Positions 18,627 through 28,394 of a stretch of 64,000 bases of DNA are shown here, piece after piece. The translations under genes were made by a program, and so were the position numbers. The notes under the pieces were generated by a model. That model made no database searches, was not told the origin of the DNA, and was given only the letters and a program-made list of their open reading frames with translations. The stretch is from Bryobacteraceae bacterium (GTDB taxonomy: Bacteria; Acidobacteriota; Terriglobia; Bryobacterales; Bryobacteraceae): NCBI GenBank assembly GCA_965277555.1, contig OZ255834.1, positions 6,744,804 to 6,808,803 of the forward strand. The letters run 5' to 3'. Each line of letters starts with the position of its first letter. The stretch's first letter is position 1.

Positions 18627-19742
18627 ATGAAGGGTACAGTTCTAATCACGGGCGGCGCTGGTTTTATCGGCTCGCACGTCGCAAAAGAGCTTTTACGAAC
18701 CGGCTATCACGTCCGCATTTTAGACAGCCTTGTAAGTCAGGTGCACGGAGAGGCTCCGGGACGCCCCTCTTACTTACACCGCGACGCGGAATTTATCCTG
18801 GGCGATGTACGCAATCCCGAAGCGGTAGATGAGGCGCTAGCCGGCGTTGAGGCGGTCTACCATTTTGTCGCTTTGGTGGGAGTGGGCCAGAGCATGTATC
18901 AGATGGCGGAGTACACAAGCGTAAACAACCTTGGTACGGCTGTGCTGTTAGAGCGCCTGGTGAAAAAGCCGGTCAACAAGCTGATTGTGGCGTCGAGCAT
19001 GAGCGTTTACGGAGAAGGGCTGTATGTGAGTGCCTCCGGCAGCCCCCATATGCAGGCCGCCCGCACCACGCGGCAACTCAAAAATCGCCAGTGGGAGATG
19101 ATCGCGCCGGACGGGTCCCCACTTCATCCAGTAGCCACGCCCGAAAGTAAACAGCCCTCCCTGGCATCCGTTTATGCGCTCTCGAAATATGACCAGGAGC
19201 AGATGTGCCTGATGGTCGGCCGGGCGTACGGTCTTCCCACGGTAGCGCTGCGGTTCTTCAACGCTTACGGACCCTTCCAATCGCTTTCAAATCCTTACAC
19301 CGGAGTGCTCGCGATATTCGCTTCCCGCTTAATGAACGGCGAACGCCCCATGATCTTCGAAGATGGCGAGCAGTTGCGTGACTTTGTCAGCGTCTATGAC
19401 CTGGCCAGAGCCTGCCGGCTTGCGCTAGAGGTTCCGGGCGCCGCGGGCATGGTGTTCAATGTGGGCAGCGGCCAGAAAGTCAGCGTGAGGGAAGTAGCAA
19501 GTAAACTGGCGCGCGTTCTCGGGCAGAACGTCGAGCCGGAGATTACCGGTAGCTATCGGGTAGGCGACATACGCCATTGCTTCCCCGATATCAGCCTGGC
19601 GCAAAATATCTTTGGGTATGAGCCCCAGGTGAAGCTCGAAGACGGAATGCGCGATTTAGCCAAGTGGCTCCAGCGCCAGACTGCGCCTGATCGCTTCAAT
19701 GAAATGCGGCATGAACTGGCCTCGCGCGGGTTGGTGGTGTGA
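18627..19742 (+). CDS. NAD-dependent epimerase/dehydratase (extended SDR)
   Basis: ITGGAGFIGSH Rossmann motif and the YALSK catalytic YxxxK. Confidence 0.85.
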   Translation: MKGTVLITGGAGFIGSHVAKELLRTGYHVRILDSLVSQVHGEAPGRPSYLHRDAEFILGDVRNPEAVDEALAGVEAVYHFVALVGVGQSMYQMAEYTSVNNLGTAVLLERLVKKPVNKLIVASSMSVYGEGLYVSASGSPHMQAARTTRQLKNRQWEMIAPDGSPLHPVATPESKQPSLASVYALSKYDQEQMCLMVGRAYGLPTVALRFFNAYGPFQSLSNPYTGVLAIFASRLMNGERPMIFEDGEQLRDFVSVYDLARACRLALEVPGAAGMVFNVGSGQKVSVREVASKLARVLGQNVEPEITGSYRVGDIRHCFPDISLAQNIFGYEPQVKLEDGMRDLAKWLQRQTAPDRFNEMRHELASRGLVV

Positions 19743-19753
19743 GGGGACGAAAC

Positions 19754-20809
19754 ATGGATAACCGCTATATCCTGATCACTGGCGGAGCGGGATTCATCGG
19801 CACGAATTTAGCCCAGAGCTTTCTAGTAAACGACCAGCCGGTACACATCTTCGACAATCTGAGCCGGCCCGGCGTAGAGCGAAATATAGACGAAATGCTC
19901 GAGCGATTCCCGGGAAGAGTGCTTTTCACCAAAGCAGACGTGCGAAGTAAGCCGGCAGTGGAGGAGGCCGTTGACTCGGCGCTTGCCGTTTACCATCTTG
20001 CCGCCCAGGTAGCCGTGACCACGAGCCTCGAAGATCCGCTGGCCGACGCCGGGACGAATCTCATCGGCACGCTGAATGTTTTGGAGGCGATTCGCAACTC
20101 GCCGTTCAAACCGCCCTTACTCTTTACTTCCACAAACAAGGTGTATGGCTGCCTGGCCGGGATTCCGCTGCGCGAACGGGAGACACGCTACGAGCCGGCC
20201 GACGAAATGCTCGCTCAATCGGGCATTGGTGAAAAGCAGCCGCTCTCCTTTCTTTCCCCCTATGGATGTTCCAAGGGAAGCGCCGACCAGTACGTCTTGG
20301 ATTACGCGCGCTCGTACAATCTGCGTACTACTGTCTTTCGCATGAGCTGCATCTATGGGCCTTATCAGCTCGGCTCGGAAGATCAGGGATGGGTTGCCCA
20401 TTTCGTGAGGCAAGCAATCAAAGGCGAAGCAATTACCCTCTTTGGAGACGGCAAGCAGGTGCGCGATCTTTTGTATGTGGACGATTTGGTTCGCGCCATG
20501 AACCTTGCCATGGCACATTCGGCAAGTTCGCCCGGCGAGGCCTTCAATTTTGGCGGGGCGGTTGAAAACAGCGCGAGTCTGCTTGAACTCATCTCTCAGC
20601 TCAAAGTGCTCACCGGCACTGCGCCCCGCATTGAATACGGCCCGGAGCGATTGGGAGATCAACGCTGGTATGTGGCAAATGTGTCGAAAGCGCGCGAGGT
20701 CCTGCATTGGAGGCCGGAGGTTCCGATTAAGCAGGGCTTGCGAAGCTTAATCGAATGGTATGGAAGGCATCCGGAGTTAGCCGCACAGCCGGCTATGCAG
20801 GTGGCATGA
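19754..20809 (+). CDS. NAD-dependent epimerase/dehydratase (extended SDR, CDP-paratose-epimerase-like)
   Basis: ITGGAGFIGTN and YGCSK (YxxxK). ATG 19754 follows GAGGGGA. The track start GTG 19739 overlaps the previous stop and is the alternative. Confidence 0.85.
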   Translation: MDNRYILITGGAGFIGTNLAQSFLVNDQPVHIFDNLSRPGVERNIDEMLERFPGRVLFTKADVRSKPAVEEAVDSALAVYHLAAQVAVTTSLEDPLADAGTNLIGTLNVLEAIRNSPFKPPLLFTSTNKVYGCLAGIPLRERETRYEPADEMLAQSGIGEKQPLSFLSPYGCSKGSADQYVLDYARSYNLRTTVFRMSCIYGPYQLGSEDQGWVAHFVRQAIKGEAITLFGDGKQVRDLLYVDDLVRAMNLAMAHSASSPGEAFNFGGAVENSASLLELISQLKVLTGTAPRIEYGPERLGDQRWYVANVSKAREVLHWRPEVPIKQGLRSLIEWYGRHPELAAQPAMQVA

Positions 20810-22095
20810 TGCGTTTTGCTTTAGTCAATCCAGCCTGGAACTTCGAAGGAAGCATTTATTTTGGATGCCGCGAGCCGCACTTGCCGTTAGAGTTCGGATA
20901 TTCTAAGACTCTGCTCGAAGAGGCGGGACATGAATGCCTGCTGCTCGATGGCCATCTCGATGCGCTCACCGAGGCGGATACAGTCGAGCAGATAAACCGC
21001 TTTCATCCGGACTTCACGGCCGTCACGACAGCGCCCAGCTATCTTTTTTGGCGGTGCGCGCCCCCGGAGATTCGAGTCCCTCAGGAACTCTGCCAGCTAT
21101 TACGGCCAATCGGCGGCAAGCTCATCGTTGTGGGACCGCATGGATCGACCACCCCACGGCCGATTTTGAAAAAAACTCAGGCCGACTACGTGGTTCTCGG
21201 CGAATGCGAAGAGGTTCTACTGGAACTCGCTACTGACCCGCAGTCTGCTTCCTCCGTGGCTTTCATGGAGCGTGGCGAACTTCAGGTTCGTGGCCCCAAT
21301 CGCGCTTCGGATATGAAACGCCTCCCGGCGCTCCGTTGGCCGCTTCAATCGATTCGGCGTCACCGTCACCATCACCATCGCTTCGACGCCGACCCGGTGG
21401 GACCTGGCGCGGAGATGGAAGCCTCACGTGGATGTCCTTACCACTGCACTTTCTGCGCGAAGGACAATTTCCGGAATAGCTATCGGAAGCGCCCCTTAAA
21501 CACTGTTCTCGAAGAGCTGGATGGCCTTCTGGGTCAGGGCATCGAATACCTTTATTTCATCGATGAGATTTTCCTGCCCGATGCGCCGCTGCTCAATGCG
21601 TTAGCCGAGCGCAATGTCAAAATTGGCGTCCAGACCCGCCTCGATCTCTGGAGCGAAGATGCTATCCGGGCGCTGGCCAGAGCGGGCTGTGTCTCGATCG
21701 AAGCCGGCGTCGAAAGCATTACCGAGGCAGGCCGTGCCTTTCTCGACAAGAAATGCAAAATGAGCACCGAGGAGCTGACTAGCCGCCTTGTTTTTGCAAA
21801 GAAGTTAGTGCCTTTCGTGCAAGCTAACTTACTTGCCATGGCGGAGGATGATAGCCAGGCCGTGGAGAACTGGCGAACGGAACTGGAAGCGCACGGAGTT
21901 TGGGCCAATAAGCCAGTCCCGCTGTTCCCCTATCCAGGCTCTCCTGAATATACGCGAACTTGGGGCGCGCCCGACGATTTCGCCTGGGAGCGAGCGCACG
22001 AGGCTTACTTGAGCGGCTTCGTGGCCTTTAGCGACATTCAGGAACAGCGCCCTCAACCCTTAATCGAGCTCGAAACACTTTCCCAGGGCCGTTGA
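20806..22095 (+). CDS. B12-binding domain / radical SAM protein
   Basis: ATGA overlap with the preceding gene. N-terminal Rossmann-like B12 domain (LLLDGH...VVTTAPSY...VVGPHGS), the radical SAM cluster motif CPYHCTFC, and a His run RRHRHHHHR between the domains. Confidence 0.85.
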   Translation: MMRFALVNPAWNFEGSIYFGCREPHLPLEFGYSKTLLEEAGHECLLLDGHLDALTEADTVEQINRFHPDFTAVTTAPSYLFWRCAPPEIRVPQELCQLLRPIGGKLIVVGPHGSTTPRPILKKTQADYVVLGECEEVLLELATDPQSASSVAFMERGELQVRGPNRASDMKRLPALRWPLQSIRRHRHHHHRFDADPVGPGAEMEASRGCPYHCTFCAKDNFRNSYRKRPLNTVLEELDGLLGQGIEYLYFIDEIFLPDAPLLNALAERNVKIGVQTRLDLWSEDAIRALARAGCVSIEAGVESITEAGRAFLDKKCKMSTEELTSRLVFAKKLVPFVQANLLAMAEDDSQAVENWRTELEAHGVWANKPVPLFPYPGSPEYTRTWGAPDDFAWERAHEAYLSGFVAFSDIQEQRPQPLIELETLSQGR

Positions 22096-22099
22096 ATCG

Positions 22100-23200
22100 A
22101 TGGGCGAAGAACGCGCTCCGAAGCGGCTGCTCATGACGACCGACGCCGTCGGCGGCATTTGGCGGTATTCACTCGATCTGATCGGCGCGCTCACCGCGCA
22201 GAGTAACATCGAAATCCTTTTGGCTGCGCTCGGACCGTCGCCTTCCGAGGAACAAAAATCGGAAGCGCTCGCTCTTCCCCGAATCCAACTTGCGGAAAGC
22301 GAGTTCGCGCTCGAATGGATGCCCGACCCCTGGAACGACGTAGATCGATCAGGCGAGTGGTTGGCTCAATTAGAAAATCAGTTTAAGCCCGATGTCATTC
22401 ACCTGAACAGTTATGCTCTCGCTGCACGGCCATGGCGCGCGCCAGTAGTTTCAGCCGCGCATTCCTGCGTTTATTCCTGGTGGAAAGCGGTTCATAATTG
22501 CGTTCCCGGGGCAGATTGGGAAGAATACAAACGCCGGGTCGCCGCTGGACTGGATGCAGCCGACGCAATTGCCGCGCCTTCCAGCTTCATGGCCCAAGCC
22601 GTTGCGGTCGAATACAACCTGCCGATCGACAAAATCGATGTTATCCATAATTTCAGTCTCTGCCAGCCGATAATAGCGGCGAAGCAGCCTTACTTACTAG
22701 CGGCCGGCAGAATGTGGGATAAGGCGAAAAATCTGGCGCTCCTGGACTCAGTAGCCGCCACCCTTAAATGGCCGTTGTCTGTCGCCGGCAGCGGCCAATT
22801 AGAGACATCGGCCGTTCATTGTTTGGGCAACTTGACTCGCGCGGAACTACTCGCGCAAATGGCGGAGGCCAGTATTTTCGTCCACCCCGCGCTCTACGAA
22901 CCTTTCGGACTTGCCGTGCTCGAAGCGGCGCGAGCCGGATGCTGCCTGGTTCTCTCCGATATTCCGAGCATGCGCGAGCTCTGGGCGGACGCGGCAATCT
23001 TTCTCGATCCGACGGCCAAGGACGATTGGACAAAGACCTTGAACGCGCTGATCGATGATCCTGCGGAACGAACGCGCTTGGCCAGGCGCGCCTCTTTGCA
23101 CGCAGCGCGTTATCGCGCCGATCTCTCGTTAGCAAAATACCTGAATCTGTATGCCACGGCGATTCAGCGGAAGATCGTCCGCAGCGGGGTAGCAGCGTGA
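22100..23200 (+). CDS. Glycosyltransferase family 4 (GT-B, retaining type)
   Basis: The C-terminal FVHPALYEPFGLAVLEAARAGCCLVLSD is the GT4 EX7E region. Confidence 0.8.
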   Translation: MGEERAPKRLLMTTDAVGGIWRYSLDLIGALTAQSNIEILLAALGPSPSEEQKSEALALPRIQLAESEFALEWMPDPWNDVDRSGEWLAQLENQFKPDVIHLNSYALAARPWRAPVVSAAHSCVYSWWKAVHNCVPGADWEEYKRRVAAGLDAADAIAAPSSFMAQAVAVEYNLPIDKIDVIHNFSLCQPIIAAKQPYLLAAGRMWDKAKNLALLDSVAATLKWPLSVAGSGQLETSAVHCLGNLTRAELLAQMAEASIFVHPALYEPFGLAVLEAARAGCCLVLSDIPSMRELWADAAIFLDPTAKDDWTKTLNALIDDPAERTRLARRASLHAARYRADLSLAKYLNLYATAIQRKIVRSGVAA

Positions 23201-24339
23201 GCCTGCGGATTGTGATCTTCTGTCATTCGCTAGTCTCCGACTGGAACCACGGTAATGCTCACTTTCTAAGAGGAATCGTCTCGGAATTAACCGCCAGAGG
23301 CCACCATGTCAGGGTTCTTGAACCGGAGGAAGGCTGGAGCCGGCAGAACCTGTTGCGCGATCAGGGAAATAGAGCCCTAGAGGAATTTCATACCGCCTTC
23401 CCGAAGTTGAAAAGCGAGACGTACCGAGCCGATCACCTCTGTTTGACCGATTGCCTGGACGCGGCAGACCTGGTATTGGTTCACGAATGGAACGATCCGG
23501 AGCTGATTGCCGCCCTCGGCGAACATCGAAGAAGAAATTCGAGCGTTCGCACTTTGTTTCACGACACGCATCATCGCGCCGTCACCGCGCCGGAAGAGAT
23601 GGCGCGCTTCGATCGTTCCGACTTCGATGGGGTGCTCGCTTACGGCAATTCCCTACGCCAAGCCTACCAGAAAATCGGCTGGGGCAAACAGGTTCACACC
23701 TGGCACGAAGCGGCCGATACTCGAATCTTCCACCCATTCCCGGAAATCCGCCGGGCGCGCGATCTGGTCTGGATTGGCAACTGGGGCGACGAGGAGCGAA
23801 CAGAAGAGCTCCGCGAATTCTTTATCGAGCCTTGCGCAGCCCTTTCGATAAAAGCGCAAGCCTATGGGGTGCGTTATCCAAGCGAAGCATTGGAAAAACT
23901 GGCGACTGCCGGGATAGACTATGGCGGCTGGCTTCCCAATCATCGAGTGCCGAAAGTGTTCGCGCAATTCCACGCGACGGTCCACATTCCGCGGCGTCCC
24001 TACACTCGACAACTTCCCGGCATTCCTACCATTCGCCCGTTCGAAGCGCTGGCTTGTGGCATTCCGCTAGTATCTGCTCCTTGGCAGGATGTGGAAGGTC
24101 TTTTTCGGGTCGGCGTCGATTTCTTGATGGCGCGCGATGGGAACGAAATGAAGAAGCATCTAAATAGCGTGCTCGGCGATCGGGACCTTGCCCAAAGTCT
24201 GGCGCAACATGGTCTCGAGACAATCCGCAGCCGGCACACGTGTGCTCATCGCGTAGACGAATTGCTAGACATTTATAACGAGATGAAGCCCGTCTTAGCA
24301 ACTACCGCGCAACTCCCGTTAGCGGAGACGTGTCTGTGA
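23197..24339 (+). CDS. CgeB-like glycosyltransferase, paralogue 1
   Basis: GTGA overlap with the GT4 gene. IVIFCHSLVSDWNHGNAHFLRG... and RPFEALACGIPLVS. It shares architecture with the next two genes. Confidence 0.6.
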   Translation: MSLRIVIFCHSLVSDWNHGNAHFLRGIVSELTARGHHVRVLEPEEGWSRQNLLRDQGNRALEEFHTAFPKLKSETYRADHLCLTDCLDAADLVLVHEWNDPELIAALGEHRRRNSSVRTLFHDTHHRAVTAPEEMARFDRSDFDGVLAYGNSLRQAYQKIGWGKQVHTWHEAADTRIFHPFPEIRRARDLVWIGNWGDEERTEELREFFIEPCAALSIKAQAYGVRYPSEALEKLATAGIDYGGWLPNHRVPKVFAQFHATVHIPRRPYTRQLPGIPTIRPFEALACGIPLVSAPWQDVEGLFRVGVDFLMARDGNEMKKHLNSVLGDRDLAQSLAQHGLETIRSRHTCAHRVDELLDIYNEMKPVLATTAQLPLAETCL

Positions 24340-25457
24340 AACTCGCGTTCTGGGGTTCAAGCCTGGTATCGGCTTATTGGAATGGCGCAGCCACTTACTA
24401 TCGCGGCATATTGCGCGCGCTGGCTCGACTCGGTTATGACATTACCTTCTTCGAACCGGACGCCTACGATCGCCAGCAGCATCGCGACATGGAAGATCCC
24501 GATTGGGCGCGCGTCGTAGTGTATGATCCGAACGATACGGCGGCTGTCAAGCGCCATCTGGCATGGTCGGCCAACTGCGAAACAGTGGTCAAGGCGAGCG
24601 GCGTCGGAGTGCTCGATGAGTATCTGGAGGCGCGGGTTGCCGCCATGCCGGAAGGAACCTGTAAGGTCTTCTGGGATGTGGATGCTCCTGCCACCCTCGA
24701 ACGTCTCTCCAGTAACCCCGTCGATGCATTTCACCTCGCTCTGTGCCGCTTCGATCTTGTACTCACTTACGGCGGCGGCAAAAGAGTTACTGAGCAGTAT
24801 GGTGCGCTCGGCGCGCGCGATTGTTTCGCTATCTATAACGCTTTCGATCCGGACGTCCATTTTCCGGTAACGGCAAATCCCCGCTACGCCTGTGACCTTT
24901 CCTTCCTGGGAAATCGCTTGCCGGATCGCGAGACGCGCGTCGAAGAGTATTTTTTGCGAGCAGCGCATTTGGCCGCCGAACGGGCTTTCCTCTTAGGCGG
25001 AAATGGCTGGAGCGGCAAATCCATGCCGCCAAATGTCAACTACCTGGGGCATGTCTACACGGCCGATCACAATCAGCTAAACTGCTCCTCGCAATTCGTC
25101 CTCAACGTCAGCCGTAACAGCATGGCGCGTTATGGCTTCTCGCCGGCTACGCGCGTCTTTGAAGCAGCGGGCGCCGCGGCCTGCCTCATTACCGACTTCT
25201 GGGAAGGCATCGATTCTTTTCTTCTGCCCGGACGCGAAATCCTGGTTGCCGGAAGTGGCCAGGAAGTGGCCACGCTCGTTAACGAAATCCCACTAGAGAA
25301 GACTCGGGAAATCGGTCGCGCGGCGCGAGCAAGGGTCCTCGCCGAGCATACCTATGAACGGCGCGGCATTCTGGTCCATGAAATTCTGGCGGACACGCTG
25401 GCGCGCAAGCCGAATCCGATCCTCAAGCCGAACCACAGCCTGGAGACACCCGTTTGA
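24330..25457 (+). CDS. CgeB-like glycosyltransferase, paralogue 2
   Basis: LAFWGSSLVSAYWNGAATYYRG... and RVFEAAGAAACLITD. Start is GTG 24330 or the in-frame GTG 24336 (GTGA overlap). Confidence 0.6.
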   Translation: MSVKLAFWGSSLVSAYWNGAATYYRGILRALARLGYDITFFEPDAYDRQQHRDMEDPDWARVVVYDPNDTAAVKRHLAWSANCETVVKASGVGVLDEYLEARVAAMPEGTCKVFWDVDAPATLERLSSNPVDAFHLALCRFDLVLTYGGGKRVTEQYGALGARDCFAIYNAFDPDVHFPVTANPRYACDLSFLGNRLPDRETRVEEYFLRAAHLAAERAFLLGGNGWSGKSMPPNVNYLGHVYTADHNQLNCSSQFVLNVSRNSMARYGFSPATRVFEAAGAAACLITDFWEGIDSFLLPGREILVAGSGQEVATLVNEIPLEKTREIGRAARARVLAEHTYERRGILVHEILADTLARKPNPILKPNHSLETPV

Positions 25458-26596
25458 CCGGCGGAGGCCGAGAGTATGTTTTCTTAGGTCTATCCATCAC
25501 CTCCGCCTGGGGAAACGGCCATGCGACTACTTACCGCGGTTTGCTGAAGGAATTAGCGGCGCGCGGACATTCCATCACTTTCCTCGAAAGAGACGCGCCC
25601 TGGTATGCAGCCAACCGGGAGTTCGAAACCCTGCCTTACTGCCGCGTCATTCTTTACCGCACTCTGGAGGAGTTAAAGGACCGCCACTCGGCAATCTTGC
25701 GCGCCGCAGATGCCGTAGTCATCGGCTCCTACGTGCCAGAGGGTATCGCGTTGGGCCGATGGGTCCGCGCCATAAGATCGAAGTTGGTTGCGTTCTATGA
25801 CATAGATACGCCAGTTACATTGAGCGCCGTCGCGGCAAATAAGTGCGAGTATCTATCGAGCGAGCTAATCAGAGACTACGATTTATATCTTTCCTTCACT
25901 GGTGGACCCACTCTGAACGCCATCGAGCAGCGGTTTGGCTCGCCTTGCGCGCGCGCTCTATACTGCTCGGTCGATCCTACCCTCTATTTCCCGAGGAAAC
26001 TCGAGGCCGCATGGGATCTCGCCTACCTGGGCACTTACGCCGCCGACCGGCAACCGACGCTCCATCGTTTGCTGCGTGAAACCGCGCGCCAATCGCAGGA
26101 CCGCCGTTTCGCGGTAGCGGGTCCGCAATATCCGGCGGGAATCGAGTGGCCGCGCAACGTGACCCGTATAGAACACCTGCCCGCAGCGGAGCACGGCAGC
26201 TTCTATAATTCCCAGAGCTTCGCGCTAAACATAACGCGCCAGGAAATGATCCAAGCGGGATACTCGCCGAGCGTTCGGCTTTTCGAGGCCTCCGCTTGCG
26301 GCGTCCCCATCTTGACCGACGAATGGCCGGGCTTGGAGGCATTCTTTCAGCCGCATTCCGAAATTGTACCGGTACGCACAAGCGCCGATGTGCTGAAATC
26401 TCTCAGCATGCCCATTGAGCAGAGGCTGGAATTGGCCGCGAACGCCCGGCGTCGTACTCTCCGTTTCCATACGGCCGCGGTGCGAGCCGCGGAATTCGAT
26501 ACCTATGTCGATGCATCCCAAAATCGTTTATGTCGGTCTAATAAGAAGAAGGTTGTTGCCAGCTCTAAGTCTGCTGACGCCCTTCTGGAAAAGTGA
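25454..26596 (+). CDS. CgeB-like glycosyltransferase, paralogue 3
   Basis: TTGA overlap. FLGLSITSAWGNGHATTYRG... and RLFEASACGVPILTD. Confidence 0.6.
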   Translation: MTGGGREYVFLGLSITSAWGNGHATTYRGLLKELAARGHSITFLERDAPWYAANREFETLPYCRVILYRTLEELKDRHSAILRAADAVVIGSYVPEGIALGRWVRAIRSKLVAFYDIDTPVTLSAVAANKCEYLSSELIRDYDLYLSFTGGPTLNAIEQRFGSPCARALYCSVDPTLYFPRKLEAAWDLAYLGTYAADRQPTLHRLLRETARQSQDRRFAVAGPQYPAGIEWPRNVTRIEHLPAAEHGSFYNSQSFALNITRQEMIQAGYSPSVRLFEASACGVPILTDEWPGLEAFFQPHSEIVPVRTSADVLKSLSMPIEQRLELAANARRRTLRFHTAAVRAAEFDTYVDASQNRLCRSNKKKVVASSKSADALLEK

Positions 26597-26606
26597 CCGC
26601 CCAAAA

Positions 26607-27554
26607 ATGAAATTAACAATCCCACTGGCCGCAGCCGGTCTGGTAGGTATCCTGGCCACCGCTTCGCTCAGTGCTGCCGGCCGACAGCCAAGCCAGGAGG
26701 CCGCCGCCCCCGGCGTTCCGACGCGCATAGTAGTAACTCTCGAACCTCGACGCGGGAAGACCATTCCGCCTGTGGAAAAGGAAGACATCCTGGTTCGCCA
26801 GGGGAACGATAAACGGCCCGTTCAGGAACTTACTCCGCTGGCCAATAGCGACACACAGGTGATGCTGCTGATCGATGACTCCGCCCGCTCTTCGTTCGGT
26901 ACGGAGATCCAAACTCTCAAGCAGTTCGTCACTTCTCTGCCCCCTAACTTCGATGTAGCTGTTGCCTACATGCGCAATGGCATGGCGCAAGTCACGCAAA
27001 ACTTCACGCGCGATCATGCGGCGGCCGCCAATGGTATTCGGCTTCCCGTCGGTCCCGGCGGCGCCGATGTCAGCCCGTACGATTCGCTCACCGATGCCGT
27101 AAAAAAATGGCCGGTAAGCGGAGCGCAGCGCAAAGAAGTACTCATGATCAGCAGTGGCATAGAAGCACTCAGCGGCGGCTATTATCCCGATAATCCCTAT
27201 GTGAACGCGGGTATTTTGAGCGCCATAAAAGCCGGGGTGGTGGTCTATACGATCTACAGTCCGAGCGTCGGGCACGCCGGCCATAGCCTGTGGCGCACCA
27301 CCTGGGGACAGAATTTTCTGTCGCAGTTATCGGACGAAACGGGCGGCGAGTCTTACTATATCGGCTTCGGCTCGCCGGTCTCCTTCCAACCCTTCTTGCA
27401 GCAGTTCTTGGACGCTCAGAAATACCAGTATTCGCTGCTTTTCGTCGCCAAGCCCGAAAAGAAATCCGGCTTGCAGCCCATCCGAGTAACGATCGAGAAC
27501 AAAGATGCGAGCATCGCTGCCCCCGACAAGGTGTTTGTCCCGGCGAGTCTATAG
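26607..27554 (+). CDS. Secreted VWA-like protein (degenerate MIDAS), acidobacterial type
   Basis: ATG 26607 gives the signal peptide MKLTIPLAAAGLVGILATASLSAAG. The track start 26415 overlaps the previous gene. VMLLIDDSARSS and a C-terminal YQYSLLFVAKPEKKSGLQPIRV beta domain parallel the layout of the VWA protein at 29178-30077. Confidence 0.55.
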   Translation: MKLTIPLAAAGLVGILATASLSAAGRQPSQEAAAPGVPTRIVVTLEPRRGKTIPPVEKEDILVRQGNDKRPVQELTPLANSDTQVMLLIDDSARSSFGTEIQTLKQFVTSLPPNFDVAVAYMRNGMAQVTQNFTRDHAAAANGIRLPVGPGGADVSPYDSLTDAVKKWPVSGAQRKEVLMISSGIEALSGGYYPDNPYVNAGILSAIKAGVVVYTIYSPSVGHAGHSLWRTTWGQNFLSQLSDETGGESYYIGFGSPVSFQPFLQQFLDAQKYQYSLLFVAKPEKKSGLQPIRVTIENKDASIAAPDKVFVPASL

Positions 27555-27561
27555 CGGCTTC

Positions 27562-28134
27562 TTAAGCGACGCTTGCGCCCCGGCTCAATGGTTTGTTCGA
27601 CGAAGCAAAATCGGCGGCGTGTTCTCCCGCCGAAGCGATATCTTCCGCCCCGGACTCCCGCAGGAGTTCCTTCGCCTTTAGAATCCACTCGGCATTGTCG
27701 CAGTGAACGGAAAGCAGAATTCCGCCTTCTTTGATGCGCCCTTCGTAGCGCTTCGCCTCATACTCGGGAATACCCATTCCGACAAGCGCCCCGATGATGC
27801 CGCCCAGTACGCCACCCGATCCAATCCCCGAAAGCGCCGCGATAATCGGCCCTGCCGCAATCAGAGGCCCGAGCCCCGGAATCGCCAGCACCCCGATACC
27901 GGCTAGCAGCCCGATCGTTCCGCCGATAATGCCGCCGGCCACTACTCCCGTCGCTGTGCCTTCCGGAGCCTTCGTATGCTTTTCGTGGGCAAAGTCTTTC
28001 GATCCCACGTTGTCCTGCAGAAGTACCGAAATGTCCTCGTTTCGGAATCCGGCGGAGAGCATCCGATCCACCGCGTTTTCCGCCATTTCACGGCTTGCGT
28101 AAATTCCGAATGCCGACGTGTTCTTTCCTGCCAT
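27562..28134 (-). CDS. Glycine-zipper membrane protein (general-stress-protein-like)
   Basis: Soluble N- and C-terminal domains flank GVVAGGIIGGTIGLLAGIGVLAIPGLGPLIAAGPIIAALSGIGSGGVLGGIIGALVGMG. Confidence 0.5.
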   Translation of the reverse strand: MAGKNTSAFGIYASREMAENAVDRMLSAGFRNEDISVLLQDNVGSKDFAHEKHTKAPEGTATGVVAGGIIGGTIGLLAGIGVLAIPGLGPLIAAGPIIAALSGIGSGGVLGGIIGALVGMGIPEYEAKRYEGRIKEGGILLSVHCDNAEWILKAKELLRESGAEDIASAGEHAADFASSNKPLSRGASVA

Positions 28135-28271
28135 GGTTCCCTCCCTACTGAAATTTCTCTCCTAAATGAGACTGCCAACCCGTCGCAAGCGTTTCTCCCG
28201 TAGTCCGCGAATATTAGGATTTGAGATCGGACTGCCTATGATCCTGCCCGACGCAATGTCATGCGGTTGAA

Positions 28272-28345
28272 TGGCTGGGAGGCAGGGACTCGAACCCCGA
28301 TAGGCAGATCCAGAATCTGCAGTCCTACCATTGGACGACCTCCCA
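28272..28345 (-). tRNA. tRNA-Gln (anticodon CUG)
   Basis: The reverse complement folds by hand as a cloverleaf. Acceptor TGGGAGG/CCTCCCA, D arm GTCC-AATGGTA-GGAC, anticodon arm GCAGA-TTCTGGA-TCTGC (CTG), T arm CGGGG-TTCGAGT-CCCTG, discriminator G, encoded CCA. Confidence 0.9.
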
Positions 28346-28394
28346 GTGAGGTTCTTCTACGGCAGTATAACAAGTGCCCCGGGCGGCTAAACAG

